DNA of 49,722 bases from Rubrivivax sp. (GTDB lineage Bacteria; Pseudomonadota; Gammaproteobacteria; Burkholderiales; Burkholderiaceae_C), in contig DAORNK010000001.1 in NCBI GenBank assembly GCA_035440985.1, positions 1-49,722 on the forward strand, read 5' to 3'. Numbering within the stretch: position 1 is the stretch's first letter; every line of letters begins with the position of its first letter. Both the position numbers and the translations under genes were made by a program. Below the pieces are notes generated by a model. That model was not told the origin of the DNA. It searched no databases and worked only from the letters and a program-made list of their open reading frames with translations. Shown here one piece after another: positions 19,206-31,555 of the stretch.

Positions 19206-19937
19206 TCAGCACTTGATCCCGACATGCAGCGCCACGATCCCGCCGGCCAGGTTGTGCACGTCGACATGGCCGAAGCCGGCATCCTTCATCATGCCCTTGA
19301 GCGTGGCCTGGTCGGGGTGCATGCGGATGCTCTCGGCCAGGTAGCGGTAGCTGTCGGCGTCCTTGGCGATCAGCCTGCCCAGCAGCGGCATCAGCCTGAA
19401 CGAATAGAAGTCGTAGGGCTTTTGCAGCAGCGGCGCCGGGCGCGAGAACTCCAGCACCAGCAGCCGGCCACCGGGGCGCAGCACGCGGCACATCTCGGCC
19501 AGCGCGGCTTCCTTGTGCGTCATGTTGCGCAGGCCGAAGGCCACGCTGGCCAGGTCGAAGCTGCCGTCGGCAAAGGGCATGTGCTCGGCGTCGCAGGCCG
19601 CGGTGGGGATGACCTTGCCTTCGTCGAGCAGGCGGTCGCGGCCGGTGCGCAGCATGGCTTCGTTGATGTCGGTCAGCACCACGCAGCCCTGCTCGCCCAC
19701 GCGCGAGGCGAAGGCGCGCGCCAGGTCACCCGTGCCGCCGGCGATGTCCAGCACGCGCATGCCCGGCTGGATGGCCGCCACGCCCACGGTGTAGGCCTTC
19801 CACAAGCGGTGCATGCCCATCGACAGCACGTCGTTCATGATGTCGTAGCGCGAAGCCACGGAATCGAACACGCCGCGCACGTGGCGCGCCTTCTCGGCCT
19901 CTTCGACGGTCTGGTATCCGAAATGGGTCTGTGCCAT
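19206..19937 (-). CDS. ubiE: Ubiquinone/menaquinone C-methyltransferase
   Basis: [43 protein letters not shown]. Confidence 0.97.
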   Translation of the reverse strand: MAQTHFGYQTVEEAEKARHVRGVFDSVASRYDIMNDVLSMGMHRLWKAYTVGVAAIQPGMRVLDIAGGTGDLARAFASRVGEQGCVVLTDINEAMLRTGRDRLLDEGKVIPTAACDAEHMPFADGSFDLASVAFGLRNMTHKEAALAEMCRVLRPGGRLLVLEFSRPAPLLQKPYDFYSFRLMPLLGRLIAKDADSYRYLAESIRMHPDQATLKGMMKDAGFGHVDVHNLAGGIVALHVGIKC

Positions 19938-19948
19938 GGTGGCCTCGT

Positions 19949-20368
19949 TCAATGGCTTCTGCAGCCGCCACCGGCCGGCGCAGGGGGCGCCATCGGTGCG
20001 TCGCGGCTCATGCCGGCATCCGCCAGGCGCTGCTCGTAACGCTGCCAGAGTTCGGCTTCATCGCGGCCCAGGTGGTAGAGGTAGTCCCACGAGAAGATGC
20101 CGCTGTCGTGGCCATCTGAAAACCGCGGCTGGACGGCGTAGTGGCCCACCGCCTGCAGGTCGTCGATGCCGACACCGCGCTTGCCGGTCTGCAGCACCTC
20201 CTGCCCGGGGCCATGGCCCTGCACCTCGGCCGACGGCGAATAGACACGCATCAATTCGAACGGGATGCGGAACTGCGCCCCGTCGCTGAAGGCGATCTCC
20301 AGCACGCGGGATGCCTGGTGCACTGTCAGTGCGGTGGGCAAGGGGGTATCGCGATCGAGTCCGGACAT
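19949..20368 (-). CDS. DUF971 (gamma-butyrobetaine hydroxylase N-terminal-like) protein
   Basis: [21 protein letters not shown]...[12 protein letters not shown]. Usual position upstream of ubiE. Confidence 0.9.
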   Translation of the reverse strand: MSGLDRDTPLPTALTVHQASRVLEIAFSDGAQFRIPFELMRVYSPSAEVQGHGPGQEVLQTGKRGVGIDDLQAVGHYAVQPRFSDGHDSGIFSWDYLYHLGRDEAELWQRYEQRLADAGMSRDAPMAPPAPAGGGCRSH

Positions 20369-20425
20369 GGGGCGAGGCTGGCTGAAGCTGGGGTCGAACG
20401 AGTGTATGCCGGTGCGCCAGACCCG

Positions 20426-20475
20426 GTCAGACCAACACCCTCTGGATGCCCCCGGGCATTGGCGCGCGCCGCATA
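20426..20475. repeat. Degenerate direct-repeat copy of the oxidoreductase 3' end (att-like scar)
   Basis: Matches 21165-21213 at 44/50 positions (first 18 nt identical; 5 substitutions, 1 extra base). Confidence 0.9.
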
Positions 20476-20883
20476 TCACCCATCCCCCCAGAGTCTGAAG
20501 GGGACGTATGGTGCGGCGTTCGCAAAGTCCTTGTCCGAAGACAGCAAAGTGAGCTCGTAGCGACCGCAGAGCTGGATGAGCAACGCGTCGATGGTGCCAA
20601 CTTGGGCGCCACGCCTGCGGCAGGTATTGCGCACTTCAGCGGCGGCGATGTGATCCTGCCTGTCAGGCTGAATCAGGGGCAAAGCCCCCAAGCGGTCGAT
20701 GATCGCCTGCCTGGCCTTGGGCCCGCTGAAACCTTGCAGCAGTTCTTGCAGGACCAGGCCCGTCGTGACGACGGCGTCAGCACCATCCAGAGCTTCGCGC
20801 AGCGCGATGACCTCCTTGGATTCGCAGGAACCGTCACGCCGCAGCGCCATGGACCAGACGCTCGTGTCCACGAGCAGCGTCAC
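20476..20883 (-). CDS. vapC: PIN-domain VapC toxin
   Basis: LLVDTSVW, V.QELLQG, IDALL, LLS.DKDF acidic PIN motifs. GTGA overlap with the antitoxin stop. Confidence 0.92.
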   Translation of the reverse strand: MTLLVDTSVWSMALRRDGSCESKEVIALREALDGADAVVTTGLVLQELLQGFSGPKARQAIIDRLGALPLIQPDRQDHIAAAEVRNTCRRRGAQVGTIDALLIQLCGRYELTLLSSDKDFANAAPYVPFRLWGDG

Positions 20884-21080
20884 GATCTGGAGCGCTCCGC
20901 CTTGTAGTCAAACGAGGCGTCCCATTCGAGCTTCCCGAACAATTCCGAAACGCGCCTTTGCTCCCGCCTGGCGATGAACTCCTTCAGGGCCAGCGTGACC
21001 GCTGCCTTCTTCGTGGGTTCGCCGCTGACCGCGACGGCCCGGTCGAGCAGGGCTGGATCCAGAGCGAGATTGGTTGCCAT
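20880..21080 (-). CDS. vapB: VapB-type antitoxin
   Basis: MATNLALD..LL..A...G..TKKAAV..AL.EFI, ending DYKAER; 66 aa; immediately upstream of the PIN toxin; AAAGGA RBS. Confidence 0.9.
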   Translation of the reverse strand: MATNLALDPALLDRAVAVSGEPTKKAAVTLALKEFIARREQRRVSELFGKLEWDASFDYKAERSRS

Positions 21081-21093
21081 GTGACGGGTCCTT

Positions 21094-21111
21094 TGTGTGA
21101 CAGTCTACACA
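21094..21111 (-). promoter_or_regulatory. vapBC promoter/operator: TGTGT-N8-ACACA inverted repeat overlapping -10 TAGACT
   Basis: tgtgt(21094-98) gacagtct acaca(21107-11); minus-strand TAGACT at 21102-07. Typical TA autorepression layout. Confidence 0.6.
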
Positions 21112-21165
21112 CCGCAGCGACCGGATGCCATGCGTCCGTCGATACCGACTGGGTTCGAGCGGGAG

Positions 21166-24100
21166 TCAGACCAACACCCTCTCGATGCCACCGGCATTGG
21201 CGCGTGCCACGTACTCCGACATCCAGTCCTCGCCCAGCAACTGGCGCGCCATTTCCACCACGATGTAGTCGGCCTCCAGCAGACCACTTTGCAGGTCGTC
21301 GCCGAAGCGGCTCAGGCCTTGCAGGCAGCTGGGGCAACTGGTGAGGATCTTCACGTTGGCCGCCGCCGGGGCAAGCGCCCGCACTGCGGCTTCACCCTGG
21401 CGGATCTCGATCTCCTTGCGAAAGCGGATCTGCGTGCTGATGTCGGGCCGCGTCACGCCCAGCGTGCCGCTTTCGCCGCAGCAGCGCTCGCTCTTGATCA
21501 CCTGCGGGCCCACCAGGGCCTGCACGGTCTTCATCGGGTCGCGTTGCTTCATCGGGCTGTGGCAGGGGTCGTGGTAGAGGTAGGCGGTGGGGTTGTCTTG
21601 CAGCGTGATGCCCTTTTCCAGCAGGTACTCGTGGATGTCCAGGATGCGGCAGCCGGGAAAGATCTCCTCGAACTTGTAGCCCTGCAGCTGGTCGTAGCAG
21701 GTGCCGCAGCTCACGACCACGGTCTTGATGTCCAGGTAGTTCAGCGTGTTGGCCACGCGGTGGAAGAGCACCCGGTTGTCGGTGATGATCTTCTCGGCGG
21801 TGTCGAACTGCCCGCCGCCGCGCTGCGGGTAGCCGCAGCACAGGTAGCCCGGTGGCAGCACCGTCTGCACGCCGGCATGCCACAGCATGGCCTGCGTGGC
21901 CAGCCCGACCTGGCTGAACAGCCTCTCGCTGCCGCAGCCCGGGAAATAGAACACCGCCTCGGTGTCGACCGTGGTGAGTGCCGGGTCGCGGATGATGGGC
22001 AGATAGGCCTTGTCCTCGATGTCCAGCAACGCGCGTGCGGTCCGCTTGGGCAGGCCGCCGGGCATCTTCTTGTTGATGAAGTGGATGACCTGCTGCTTGA
22101 TCGGCGCGGGCCCGAGCGTTGCCGGCGGTGCCGTCGTCTGCTGCCGCGCCGCGGGCTTGAGCAGGCCATGCGCCAGACGCTGGGCCTTGAAGCCCACATC
22201 CACCATCGCCCGGCGCATGAGCCGGATGGTCTGCGGCTGGGTGCTGTTGAGAAAGCCCATCGCCACCGCCTTGCCCGGGCGGAAGCTCTGCTGCCCCATC
22301 TTGCGCAGCAGGTTGCGCATGGCCATCGTGACGTCGCCGAAGTCGATCTTCACCGGGCAGGGGTTCAGGCACTTGTGGCAGATGGTGCAGTGCTCGGCCA
22401 CATCCTCGAAATCGGTCCAGTGGCGCACGCTGATGCCGCGGCGCGTCTGCTCTTCGTAAAGAAAGGCCTCGATCAACAGGCTGGTGGCCAGGATCTTGTT
22501 GCGCGGGCTGTACAGCAGGTTGGCACGCGGCACGTGCGTGGCGCAGGCCGGCTTGCACTTGCCGCAGCGCAGGCAGTCCTTGATGCTGTCGCTGATGGCG
22601 CCGATCTCGCTTTGCTGCATGATCAGCGACTCATGCCCCATCAGCCCGAAGCTGGGGGTGTAGGCCGCGCTGAGGTCCGCCGGCCGCAGTTCTGCGCCGC
22701 TGTCGGCCGCGCGGTGGCGCAACAGTTTTCCCTTGTTGAAGCGGCCCTGCGGGTCGATGCGGGCCTTGTATTCTGCAAAGGGCGCCAGCTCCGCATCGGT
22801 CATGAATTCGAACTTGGTGATGCCGATGCCGTGTTCGCCGCTGATCACGCCGCCCAGGCTGCGGGCGAGCGTCATGATGCGTGCCACCGCTTCATGGGCG
22901 GTTTGCAGCATCGCGTAGTTGTCGCTGTTGACGGGGATGTTGGTGTGCACGTTGCCGTCGCCGGCATGCATGTGCAGGGCCACCCAGACGCGGCCGCGCA
23001 GCACTTCCTTGTGGATGGCGCGGCAGGCGTCCAGCACCGGCTTGAAGGCACTGCCGGTGAAGAGTTGCTGCAGCGGTTTGAGGATCTGCGTCTTCCAGCT
23101 GGCGCGCATGCGCCAGTCCTGCAGCAGCGCAAAGATGGTTTCGCCGCTGTCGGCCTGGGTGGCGTCCAGGTTGTCCAGCCAGAACTGCCACAGCGTGCGC
23201 ACCTCGCCCAGAAGGCTCAGCGCCTGCTGCACGCGCTCGGCCAGCATCTCGGCACTGGGCACTTCGCCGGCGTCGTCGTCCTGCCCCAATGGCAGCTGGC
23301 CACGCTGGAAGAAGGCCTGCAGCGCACCCACCAGCTCCAGCTTGTTGCGCAGGCTGAACTCGACGTTGATGCGTTCGATCCCGTCCGTGTACTCCCCCAT
23401 GCGCGGCAGCGGGATCACCACGTCTTCGTTGACCTTGAAGGCGTTGGTGTGGCGGCTGATGGCGGCGGTGCGCTTGCGGTCGGCCCAGAACTTCTTGCGC
23501 GCATCGGCGCTGACGGCGACAAAACCTTCGCCGCCGCGCGCGTTGGCGATGCGCACCACTTCGCTGGCGGCGCGGGCCACCGCCGCTTCGTCGTCGCCGA
23601 CGATGTCGCCCAGCAGCAGCATCTTGGGCAGGCCCGAGCCGCCGGGCGTGGTCAGCGCGCGCTTGCTCTTGGTGGCATAGCCCACCGCCTTGAGATAGCG
23701 GTCGTCCATGTGCTCCAGGCCGGCGAGCAGGACGCCCGAATCCTTCAGGCCGAACAGGTAGTCCTTGATCTCGACGATGCTGGGCACGGCATGCCGGGCG
23801 TTGCCGAAGAACTCCAGGCACACGGTGCGCGTGTGGGCCGGCATGCGGTGCACGATCCAGCGCGCGCTGGTGATCAGGCCGTCGCAGCCCTCCTTCTGGA
23901 TGCCGGGCAGGCCGGCCAGGAACTTGTCGGTGACGTCCTTGCCCAGCCCGGCCTTGCGGAAGACGCCGCCGGGGATCTCCAGCGTTTCGGTGCGTTCCAG
24001 CTTCTTGCCGCCGGCATCGAAGTACTTGAGTTCGAAGCGCGCCAGCGGCACGTCGTGGATCTTGCCCCGGTTGTGGTCCAGCCGCGTCACCTCCAGCCAT

Positions 24101-25089
24101 CGGGCATCGGGTGTGACCATCCTCCAGCTGGCCAGGTTGTCCAGCGCCGTGCCCCACAGCACTGCCTTCTTGCCGCCGGCGTTCATCGCGATGTTGCCGC
24201 CTACGCAACTGGCCTCGGCGCTGGTCGGGTCCACCGCAAAGACATGGCCGCTGCGTTCGGCGCAATCGGCCACGCGCTGCGTGACCACGCCGGCTTCGGT
24301 GAAGATCGTCGCCACCGGCTCGGCCACGCCTGGCAGGTGCAGGAACTCGACTTCACGGATCGTGTCGAGCTTCTCGGTGTTGATGACCGCACTCTTCCAG
24401 GTCAGCGGCACGGCACCGCCGTGGTAGCCGGTGCCGCCACCTCGCGGCACGATGGTCAGGCCCAGTTCGATGCAGCCGCTGACCAGGCCGGTCATCTCGG
24501 CCTCGCTGTCGGGCGTAAGCACGATGAAGGGGTACTCGACGCGCCAGTCGGTGGCGTCGGTGACGTGCGAAACGCGCGACAGGCCGTCGAACTTGAGGTT
24601 GTCGGCCGCGGTGTGCCGGCCCAGCACACGGCGCGCAACCTTGCGCAGATCCCAGACCGCGCGGAAATGTGCCGCGAAGTCCTCGACCGCCTGGCTGGCC
24701 AGGGCGAGCAGTTCGCCCACCAGCGCGTCGCGCTGGGCGTCGCCGGCCGGGTTGCGCCGCTTGCTGACTTCGCCCAGCCGGTGGTGCAGGGCGTCGATCA
24801 GCATCTGCCGGCGTTTTGGGTTTTCCAGCAGGTCGTCTTCCAGGTAGGGGTTGCGCTGCACCACCCAGATGTCGCCCAGCACTTCGTACAGCATGCGGGC
24901 GGAGCGCCCGGTTCGCCGCTCCTGCCGCAACTGGTCGAGGATGGCCCAGGCGCGCAGCCCCAGCAGGCGCAGAACGATCTCCCGGTCGGAGAACGACGTG
25001 TAGTTGTAGGGGATCTCGCGCAGGCGCGCGACCACGCCGTCAGCGTCGTCGGTCAGGGCGGGGCTGACGCGGGGAAAAGGGGCATTCAT
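21166..25089 (-). CDS. Large FAD-linked / Fe-S oxidoreductase (DUF3683 family; GlcD-like plus GlcF-like domains)
   Basis: [18 protein letters not shown]-terminus, [21 protein letters not shown], CxxCxxCxxxC clusters, CCG motifs. Confidence 0.93.
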   Translation of the reverse strand: MNAPFPRVSPALTDDADGVVARLREIPYNYTSFSDREIVLRLLGLRAWAILDQLRQERRTGRSARMLYEVLGDIWVVQRNPYLEDDLLENPKRRQMLIDALHHRLGEVSKRRNPAGDAQRDALVGELLALASQAVEDFAAHFRAVWDLRKVARRVLGRHTAADNLKFDGLSRVSHVTDATDWRVEYPFIVLTPDSEAEMTGLVSGCIELGLTIVPRGGGTGYHGGAVPLTWKSAVINTEKLDTIREVEFLHLPGVAEPVATIFTEAGVVTQRVADCAERSGHVFAVDPTSAEASCVGGNIAMNAGGKKAVLWGTALDNLASWRMVTPDARWLEVTRLDHNRGKIHDVPLARFELKYFDAGGKKLERTETLEIPGGVFRKAGLGKDVTDKFLAGLPGIQKEGCDGLITSARWIVHRMPAHTRTVCLEFFGNARHAVPSIVEIKDYLFGLKDSGVLLAGLEHMDDRYLKAVGYATKSKRALTTPGGSGLPKMLLLGDIVGDDEAAVARAASEVVRIANARGGEGFVAVSADARKKFWADRKRTAAISRHTNAFKVNEDVVIPLPRMGEYTDGIERINVEFSLRNKLELVGALQAFFQRGQLPLGQDDDAGEVPSAEMLAERVQQALSLLGEVRTLWQFWLDNLDATQADSGETIFALLQDWRMRASWKTQILKPLQQLFTGSAFKPVLDACRAIHKEVLRGRVWVALHMHAGDGNVHTNIPVNSDNYAMLQTAHEAVARIMTLARSLGGVISGEHGIGITKFEFMTDAELAPFAEYKARIDPQGRFNKGKLLRHRAADSGAELRPADLSAAYTPSFGLMGHESLIMQQSEIGAISDSIKDCLRCGKCKPACATHVPRANLLYSPRNKILATSLLIEAFLYEEQTRRGISVRHWTDFEDVAEHCTICHKCLNPCPVKIDFGDVTMAMRNLLRKMGQQSFRPGKAVAMGFLNSTQPQTIRLMRRAMVDVGFKAQRLAHGLLKPAARQQTTAPPATLGPAPIKQQVIHFINKKMPGGLPKRTARALLDIEDKAYLPIIRDPALTTVDTEAVFYFPGCGSERLFSQVGLATQAMLWHAGVQTVLPPGYLCCGYPQRGGGQFDTAEKIITDNRVLFHRVANTLNYLDIKTVVVSCGTCYDQLQGYKFEEIFPGCRILDIHEYLLEKGITLQDNPTAYLYHDPCHSPMKQRDPMKTVQALVGPQVIKSERCCGESGTLGVTRPDISTQIRFRKEIEIRQGEAAVRALAPAAANVKILTSCPSCLQGLSRFGDDLQSGLLEADYIVVEMARQLLGEDWMSEYVARANAGGIERVLV

Positions 25090-25266
25090 AGGGTAACTGC
25101 TAATGCTACCCCAGGGGCCCTTGTCCTGCGGCTGGCAAGCCCTTGCCCGAAGACCCGCCGCTACGAGAAAACAGCGCCTGCCGGTGGTCGGAGATGTGCG
25201 TGGCCGTCACGAAACAGGGCAATAATCGTTTTTGACTCGAACAACAGTCCTGCTGCAGGAGATCCC

Positions 25267-26580
25267 ATGAAGATCAGACACTTCGCTCCCACCCTGGTGG
25301 CACTGGCCACGTTCGCCGCGCTTCCCGCACAGGCGCAGACCGAGATTCAATGGTGGCACTCGATGGGTGGTGCGCTCGGCGAGGCCCTCAACGGGCTGGC
25401 CAACGACTTCAACGCCAGCCAGAAGGAATACAAGGTCGTGCCCACCTACAAGGGCAGCTATCCGGAGTCGATGACGGCCGCGATCGCCTCGTTCCGCGCC
25501 GGCAACGCGCCCCACCTGCTGCAGGTGTTCGAAGTGGGCACTGCCACGATGATGGCGGCCAAGGGCGCCATCGTGCCGGTGACCAAGGTGATGGCCGATG
25601 CCGGCGAGCCCTTCGACCCGAAGGCCTACCTGCCCACGGTGACGGGCTACTACACGGACCTGAAGGGCAACATGCTGTCCTTCCCCTTCAACAGCTCCAC
25701 GGTGATGTTCTACATCAACAAGGATGCCTTCAAGAAGGCCGGCCTGGACCCGAACAAGGCACCCAAGACCTGGAAGGAACTCGGTGCCGCTGCCGAGAAG
25801 CTCAAGGCCGCCGGCCAGCAGTGCGTCTACACGACGAGCTGGCCTTCGTGGATGCACATCGAGAATTTCAGTGCCTGGCACAACGTGCCCATCGGCACCA
25901 AGCAAAACGGCATGGGCGGCCTGGACACGGTGTTCACCATCAACTCGCCGCTGCATGTGCGCCACATCGCGATGCTGGGCGAGATGTCCAAGAAGGGCCT
26001 GTTCACCTACGCTGGCCGCACCAACCAGGGTGATGCCAAGTTCTCCAGCGGCGAATGCGCCATGTTCAGCGGCAGTGCCGGGGCCCAGGCAGGCATCAAG
26101 AAGGCGGCCAAGTTCGATTGGTCGATCAACTTCATTCCTTACCACGACGACGTGGCCGGCGCACCGCAGAACTCCATCATCGGCGGGGCTTCGGTGTGGA
26201 TCATGGGTGGCAAGAAGCCGGCTGAGTACAAGGGCGTGGCCAAGTTCATGGCCTACCTGTCCAAGCCAGCGGTGCAGATGAACTGGCACACCAGCACCGG
26301 CTACGTGCCCATCACGCAGGCCGCCTATGAAGTGACGCGGGCTTCGGGCTTCTACGACAAGAACCCGGGCGCCGACATGCCCACCAGGCAGCTCACCAAC
26401 AAGGCGCCGACGGCCAATTCCAAGGGCTTGCGCTTCGGCAACTTCGTGCAGGGCCGCACCGTGATCGAGGAAGAACTCGAAAACGTCTTTGCCGGCAAGA
26501 AGGACGCCAAGACCGCACTGGACGACGCGGTGCGCCGCGGCAACGAGATCCTGCGCCAGTTCGAGGCCGCCAACAAGTAG
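25267..26580 (+). CDS. ugpB: sn-glycerol-3-phosphate ABC transporter substrate-binding protein
   Basis: Signal peptide, [37 protein letters not shown]; AGGAG RBS before ATG 25267. Confidence 0.96.
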   Translation: MKIRHFAPTLVALATFAALPAQAQTEIQWWHSMGGALGEALNGLANDFNASQKEYKVVPTYKGSYPESMTAAIASFRAGNAPHLLQVFEVGTATMMAAKGAIVPVTKVMADAGEPFDPKAYLPTVTGYYTDLKGNMLSFPFNSSTVMFYINKDAFKKAGLDPNKAPKTWKELGAAAEKLKAAGQQCVYTTSWPSWMHIENFSAWHNVPIGTKQNGMGGLDTVFTINSPLHVRHIAMLGEMSKKGLFTYAGRTNQGDAKFSSGECAMFSGSAGAQAGIKKAAKFDWSINFIPYHDDVAGAPQNSIIGGASVWIMGGKKPAEYKGVAKFMAYLSKPAVQMNWHTSTGYVPITQAAYEVTRASGFYDKNPGADMPTRQLTNKAPTANSKGLRFGNFVQGRTVIEEELENVFAGKKDAKTALDDAVRRGNEILRQFEAANK

Positions 26581-26587
26581 GCTTGCC

Positions 26588-27484
26588 TTGGCTCAGCCAA
26601 CCGACGACCGCCGGGTCGTCTTCCGGTCTGCGTGGCTGCCCTATCTGCTGGTGGCCCCGCAGGTCGCGATCACGGTCGTCTTCTTCTTCTGGCCGGCGGC
26701 CCAGGCCGTCTGGTTTGCCTTCCACCTGCAGGACGCCTTCGGCCTGAAGACGCAGTTCGTCGGGTTTCAGAACTTCGCCCACCTCTTCAACGACAGCAAC
26801 TATCTGGAGTCGTTCAAGGTCACGGCGGTGTTCAGCGGGCTGGTGGCTTTCTGTGGCATTGCGATCTCGCTGCTGCTGGCCACGATGGCCGACCGCGTGG
26901 TGCGCGGCGCGATGGCCTACAAGACCCTGCTCATCTGGCCCTACGCGGTGGCGCCGGCGGTGGCCGGCGTGCTGTGGGCCTTCCTCTTCGCGCCCTCGAT
27001 CGGCATCATCACCTACGTGCTCAAGGGCATGGGCGTGGACTGGAACTGGATCCTGAAGGGCGACCAGGCCATGCTGCTGGTGGTGATTGCCGCGGTGTGG
27101 AAGCAGATCTCGTACAACTTCCTGTTCTTCCTGGCTGGCCTGCAGAGCATCCCTCGTTCGCTGATCGAGGCCGCATCCATCGACGGCGCCAGCCCGATGC
27201 GCCGCTTCTGGACCATCGTCTTTCCGCTGCTCTCGCCCACGACCTTCTTCCTTCTGGTCGTCAACACGGTCTACGCCTTCTTCGATACCTTCGGTGTGAT
27301 AGACGCCACCACGCAGGGCGGGCCGGCGCAGTCCACGCAGACCCTGGTCTACAAGGTCTACCACGATGGCGTCAAGGCTGCCGACCTGGGCAGCTCATCG
27401 GCGCAGTCGGTGATCCTGATGATCATCGTCGTCGCGCTCACCGTGGTGCAGTTCCGCTACATCGAGCGCAAGGTGCAGTACTGA
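26588..27484 (+). CDS. ugpA: Glycerol-3-phosphate ABC permease
   Basis: [46 protein letters not shown] start at 26588 is inferred. Confidence 0.94.
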   Translation: MAQPTDDRRVVFRSAWLPYLLVAPQVAITVVFFFWPAAQAVWFAFHLQDAFGLKTQFVGFQNFAHLFNDSNYLESFKVTAVFSGLVAFCGIAISLLLATMADRVVRGAMAYKTLLIWPYAVAPAVAGVLWAFLFAPSIGIITYVLKGMGVDWNWILKGDQAMLLVVIAAVWKQISYNFLFFLAGLQSIPRSLIEAASIDGASPMRRFWTIVFPLLSPTTFFLLVVNTVYAFFDTFGVIDATTQGGPAQSTQTLVYKVYHDGVKAADLGSSSAQSVILMIIVVALTVVQFRYIERKVQY

Positions 27485-27489
27485 TGACA

Positions 27490-27565
27490 CAACCCCCAAG
27501 CTCGCTTCGCTCGCGACCCCTCAAGGGGGCGCGTCAGTGGCTTCGGACGGCCGGGCGCCACTGAC
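27490..27565. repeat. REP-like palindromic element between ugpA and ugpE
   Basis: ACCCCCAAGCTCGCTTCGCTCGCG-CCCCTCAAGGGG core, then a perfect 9-bp inverted repeat GTCAGTGGC(27533-41)/GCCACTGAC(27557-65) ending at the ugpE ATG. Confidence 0.6.
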
Positions 27566-28414
27566 ATGGTCGAGAACCGCCCCTGGCTCAACGCCTTCGC
27601 CCACGGTGTGCTGATCCTGGGCGTCGCGGTGGTGGCCTTTCCGCTGTACGTCACCTTCGTGGCTTCCACGCTGACGCTGGAAGAGATCATGCAGGTGCCC
27701 ATGCGGCTGCTGCCGGGCGACCAGTTCTGGGAGAACTACTCGCAGGTGCTGGGTGCCGGCACGCACACGGGCTCCAAGGCCGCCGTCAAGCAGATGCTGG
27801 TCAACAGCCTGGTAATGGCGCTGGTCATCCCCCTGGGCAAGATCAGCATCTCCATCCTGTCGGCGTTTGCGATCGTCTACTTCCGCTTTCCGCTGCGCAT
27901 GTTCATCTTCTGGATGATCTTCGTGACGCTGATGCTGCCGGTGGAAGTGCGCATCATCCCCACCTTCCAGGTCATCAGCGATCTGGGCATGCTCAACAGC
28001 TATGCCGGTCTGACCATTCCGCTCATCGCATCGGCCACCGCCACTTTCCTGTTCCGGCAGTTCTTCATGACCGTGCCGGGTGAACTGGTCGAGGCCGCGC
28101 GCATGGATGGCGCCGGGCCGATGCGCTTCTTCAAGGACGTGCTGCTGCCGCTGTCCAAGACGAGCATGGCGGCGCTGTTCGTCATCCAGTTCATCTACGG
28201 CTGGAACCAGTACCTGTGGCCGCTGCTGATCACCACCGACGAGTCGATGTACACCACCGTCATCGGCATCAAGCGCATGATCGTCGGCAGCGACTCGGCC
28301 AACGAGTGGAACCTCATCATGGCCACCGCCATCCTGGCCATGCTGCCACCGGCGCTCGTCGTGATGCTGATGCAGAAGTGGTTCGTCAAGGGCCTGGTGG
28401 ACACTGAAAAGTAA
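27566..28414 (+). CDS. ugpE: Glycerol-3-phosphate ABC permease
   Basis: [53 protein letters not shown]. Confidence 0.96.
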   Translation: MVENRPWLNAFAHGVLILGVAVVAFPLYVTFVASTLTLEEIMQVPMRLLPGDQFWENYSQVLGAGTHTGSKAAVKQMLVNSLVMALVIPLGKISISILSAFAIVYFRFPLRMFIFWMIFVTLMLPVEVRIIPTFQVISDLGMLNSYAGLTIPLIASATATFLFRQFFMTVPGELVEAARMDGAGPMRFFKDVLLPLSKTSMAALFVIQFIYGWNQYLWPLLITTDESMYTTVIGIKRMIVGSDSANEWNLIMATAILAMLPPALVVMLMQKWFVKGLVDTEK

Positions 28415-28432
28415 GGCGGACCAAGAGACAAC

Positions 28433-29497
<1,065 letters not shown>

Positions 29498-29499
29498 GC

Positions 29500-30243
29500 A
29501 TGGCCGCCTGGCCGCTGCCCCTGTGGATCGCCCACCGCGGCGCCGGCAAGCTGGCACCCGAAAACACGCTGGCCGCCTTTCGGCTGGGGGCGACCTACGG
29601 CTATCGGGCCTTTGAGTGCGACGTCAAGCTCAGTTCCGACGGCGTGCCCTTCCTGCTGCATGACGCGACGCTGGAGCGCACGACAACGGCTTCGGGCACC
29701 GCGGGTGACCGGCCCTGGGCCGAGTTGTCGCAACTGGATGCCGGCGGCTGGCATTCGCGCGCCTTTGCCGGCGAGCCCCTGCCCAGCCTGCGCGCCCTGG
29801 CAGCCTTCATGCAGGCCAACGCCTTTGCGTTGAACATCGAGATCAAGCCCACACCCGGCCTGGAGCAGGTCACCGGACAGGCCGTCGGCACCGCCTGCCA
29901 GGCGCTGTGGAAGGACGGGGCAGCACCGCTGCTCTTCAGCTCCTTCCGGCCCGAGGCACTGGCCGGCGCGCGCGAGACCGCGCCCGACGTGCCCCGCGCC
30001 CTGCTGGTCGACAGCCTGTGGGCGGGCTGGTTCGACGTGGCACGCTCGCTGGGCTGCCGCGCCGTCGTCAGCAACTACCGGCTGATGGACGCGGCACTGT
30101 TGGCGCAACTGCACACGGCCGGGCTGCGCGGGCTCTGCTACACGGTCAACGAACCAGCCGATGCGCAACGGCTGCTGGCCCTGGGCATCGATGGCCTGAT
30201 CACCGACGCGGTGGACCGCTTTTCGCCGGCTGCCGGTGGCTGA
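29500..30243 (+). CDS. ugpQ: Glycerophosphodiester phosphodiesterase
   Basis: IAHRG.GKLAPENTLAAF, ECDVKL, HD.TL.RTT, NIEIKP, YTVN, ITDA. Confidence 0.95.
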   Translation: MAAWPLPLWIAHRGAGKLAPENTLAAFRLGATYGYRAFECDVKLSSDGVPFLLHDATLERTTTASGTAGDRPWAELSQLDAGGWHSRAFAGEPLPSLRALAAFMQANAFALNIEIKPTPGLEQVTGQAVGTACQALWKDGAAPLLFSSFRPEALAGARETAPDVPRALLVDSLWAGWFDVARSLGCRAVVSNYRLMDAALLAQLHTAGLRGLCYTVNEPADAQRLLALGIDGLITDAVDRFSPAAGG

Positions 30244-30283
30244 AGCGTAGTCAGGTTGGCCGCACGCCGGCTTCGGCGCCCAA

Positions 30284-31555
30284 CTACTCGCTGTCTCCTT
30301 CGGGCTGGGGCAGGTGGCGTAGCTCGCGGATCAGCGGTAAACGCCAGGCCACCAGCACCAGCAGCAGCGACACGCCGGCGGCAAACCCAAGAGTGGCACG
30401 CAGACCCACGTGCTCACCCAGCCAGCCGCCCAGCAACGCGCCAGGCCCGGCGGCCAGCAGCGTCAGCCAGCGCATCGTGGATGTCATGCGGCCCAGCAAT
30501 GAAGCCGGCGTGACGGCCTGGCGCAGCGCCAGGAAGTTGATGAAGATGAACACCGCGCCACCAGTGAACAGCATCAGCATCAGCGCAAAGGCCGCCACAC
30601 CCCAGGCATTGGCCGGCGCCAACGCCAGCAGCAGCCAGCCGGTGCCGGTGATGGCGTAACCCACGACCAGGCAGGGCCCGGGCCCGATGCGCTGGCTGAC
30701 GCGCCGGCCCCACACGCTGCCGACGATGGTGCCCAGCCCCATGCCCATGTAGCACAGGCCCACGGCGTGCTCGCTCAGACCCAGCGTGCGCGTCGCAAAC
30801 AGGATCTGCACCGTGACTGCGGCGTAGTGGCTCATCTGCCAGACGCTCATCAGCACGGCCAGCGTCACCAGCAACGGGTTGCCGCGCACGAAGCGCAGGC
30901 CGGTGATCAGGTCGCGCCAGAAGTGCGCGTCGGGGCGAGCCTCGCGTCGCTCGTGCACAGGGATGCCGCGCAGGATCAGCGCCGATCCCAGCAGCAGCAC
31001 CGCGTTGACCAGCAGGGCCAGCGGTGCGCCGAAGACCTTGATCAACGCACCGGCGATGCCCGGCCCCACCACCTCGGCACCCGATGTGGCCAGCGCATTC
31101 TTGGCGTGGGCGTCGACCAGCCGCTCACGCGGCACCACCTGCATCAGCACGATCTGCGCCGCGCTGCCGGCCACCGTGTGCACCGTGCCCAGCACGAAGC
31201 CGACCACGTAGAGCCATTCCATGCTGAGCCACTGCAGCCACCAGGCCAGCGGCACGCTGGCAGCCACCCCGGCTGCCGCCACCTCGCCCAGCACGTAGAC
31301 CGGCAGCTTGCGCACGCGGTCCAGCCAGACGCCCGAGGGCAGCGACAGCACAAGAAAGGGCAGCAGCTCGACGGCCGTGAGCAGCCCCATCTGCGTGGGC
31401 GTGGCCTGCAGCAGCACCGCCGCCGTGAGCGGCAGCGCCAGCATCATCACCTGGCTGGCGAGGGAGCTGGTGAGGATCGAGCTCCACAGCCGCAGGTAGA
31501 CCGGGTCGCGCCAGAGGTCGTTGGCCGCGAGGCGCGGCAGCCCGGGCCGCGTCAA
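30284..31555 (-). CDS. MFS transporter (MFS_3/EntS-like)
   Basis: About 12 TM segments, G.WLDR.RK motif, LRQ..TP..LLGR. TTG start overlaps the argJ stop. Confidence 0.88.
   Translation of the reverse strand: MTRPGLPRLAANDLWRDPVYLRLWSSILTSSLASQVMMLALPLTAAVLLQATPTQMGLLTAVELLPFLVLSLPSGVWLDRVRKLPVYVLGEVAAAGVAASVPLAWWLQWLSMEWLYVVGFVLGTVHTVAGSAAQIVLMQVVPRERLVDAHAKNALATSGAEVVGPGIAGALIKVFGAPLALLVNAVLLLGSALILRGIPVHERREARPDAHFWRDLITGLRFVRGNPLLVTLAVLMSVWQMSHYAAVTVQILFATRTLGLSEHAVGLCYMGMGLGTIVGSVWGRRVSQRIGPGPCLVVGYAITGTGWLLLALAPANAWGVAAFALMLMLFTGGAVFIFINFLALRQAVTPASLLGRMTSTMRWLTLLAAGPGALLGGWLGEHVGLRATLGFAAGVSLLLVLVAWRLPLIRELRHLPQPEGDSE

Noticed and set aside
20427-20612. 61-aa ORF ending GGIQRVLV
   Set aside because: Alternate frame over vapC that reads into the duplicated gene-end scar; not an independent gene.
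21097-26580. 1827-aa + strand ORF
   Set aside because: Antisense shadow of the oxidoreductase that happens to be in frame with ugpB; ugpB has its own RBS, ATG (25267) and signal peptide.
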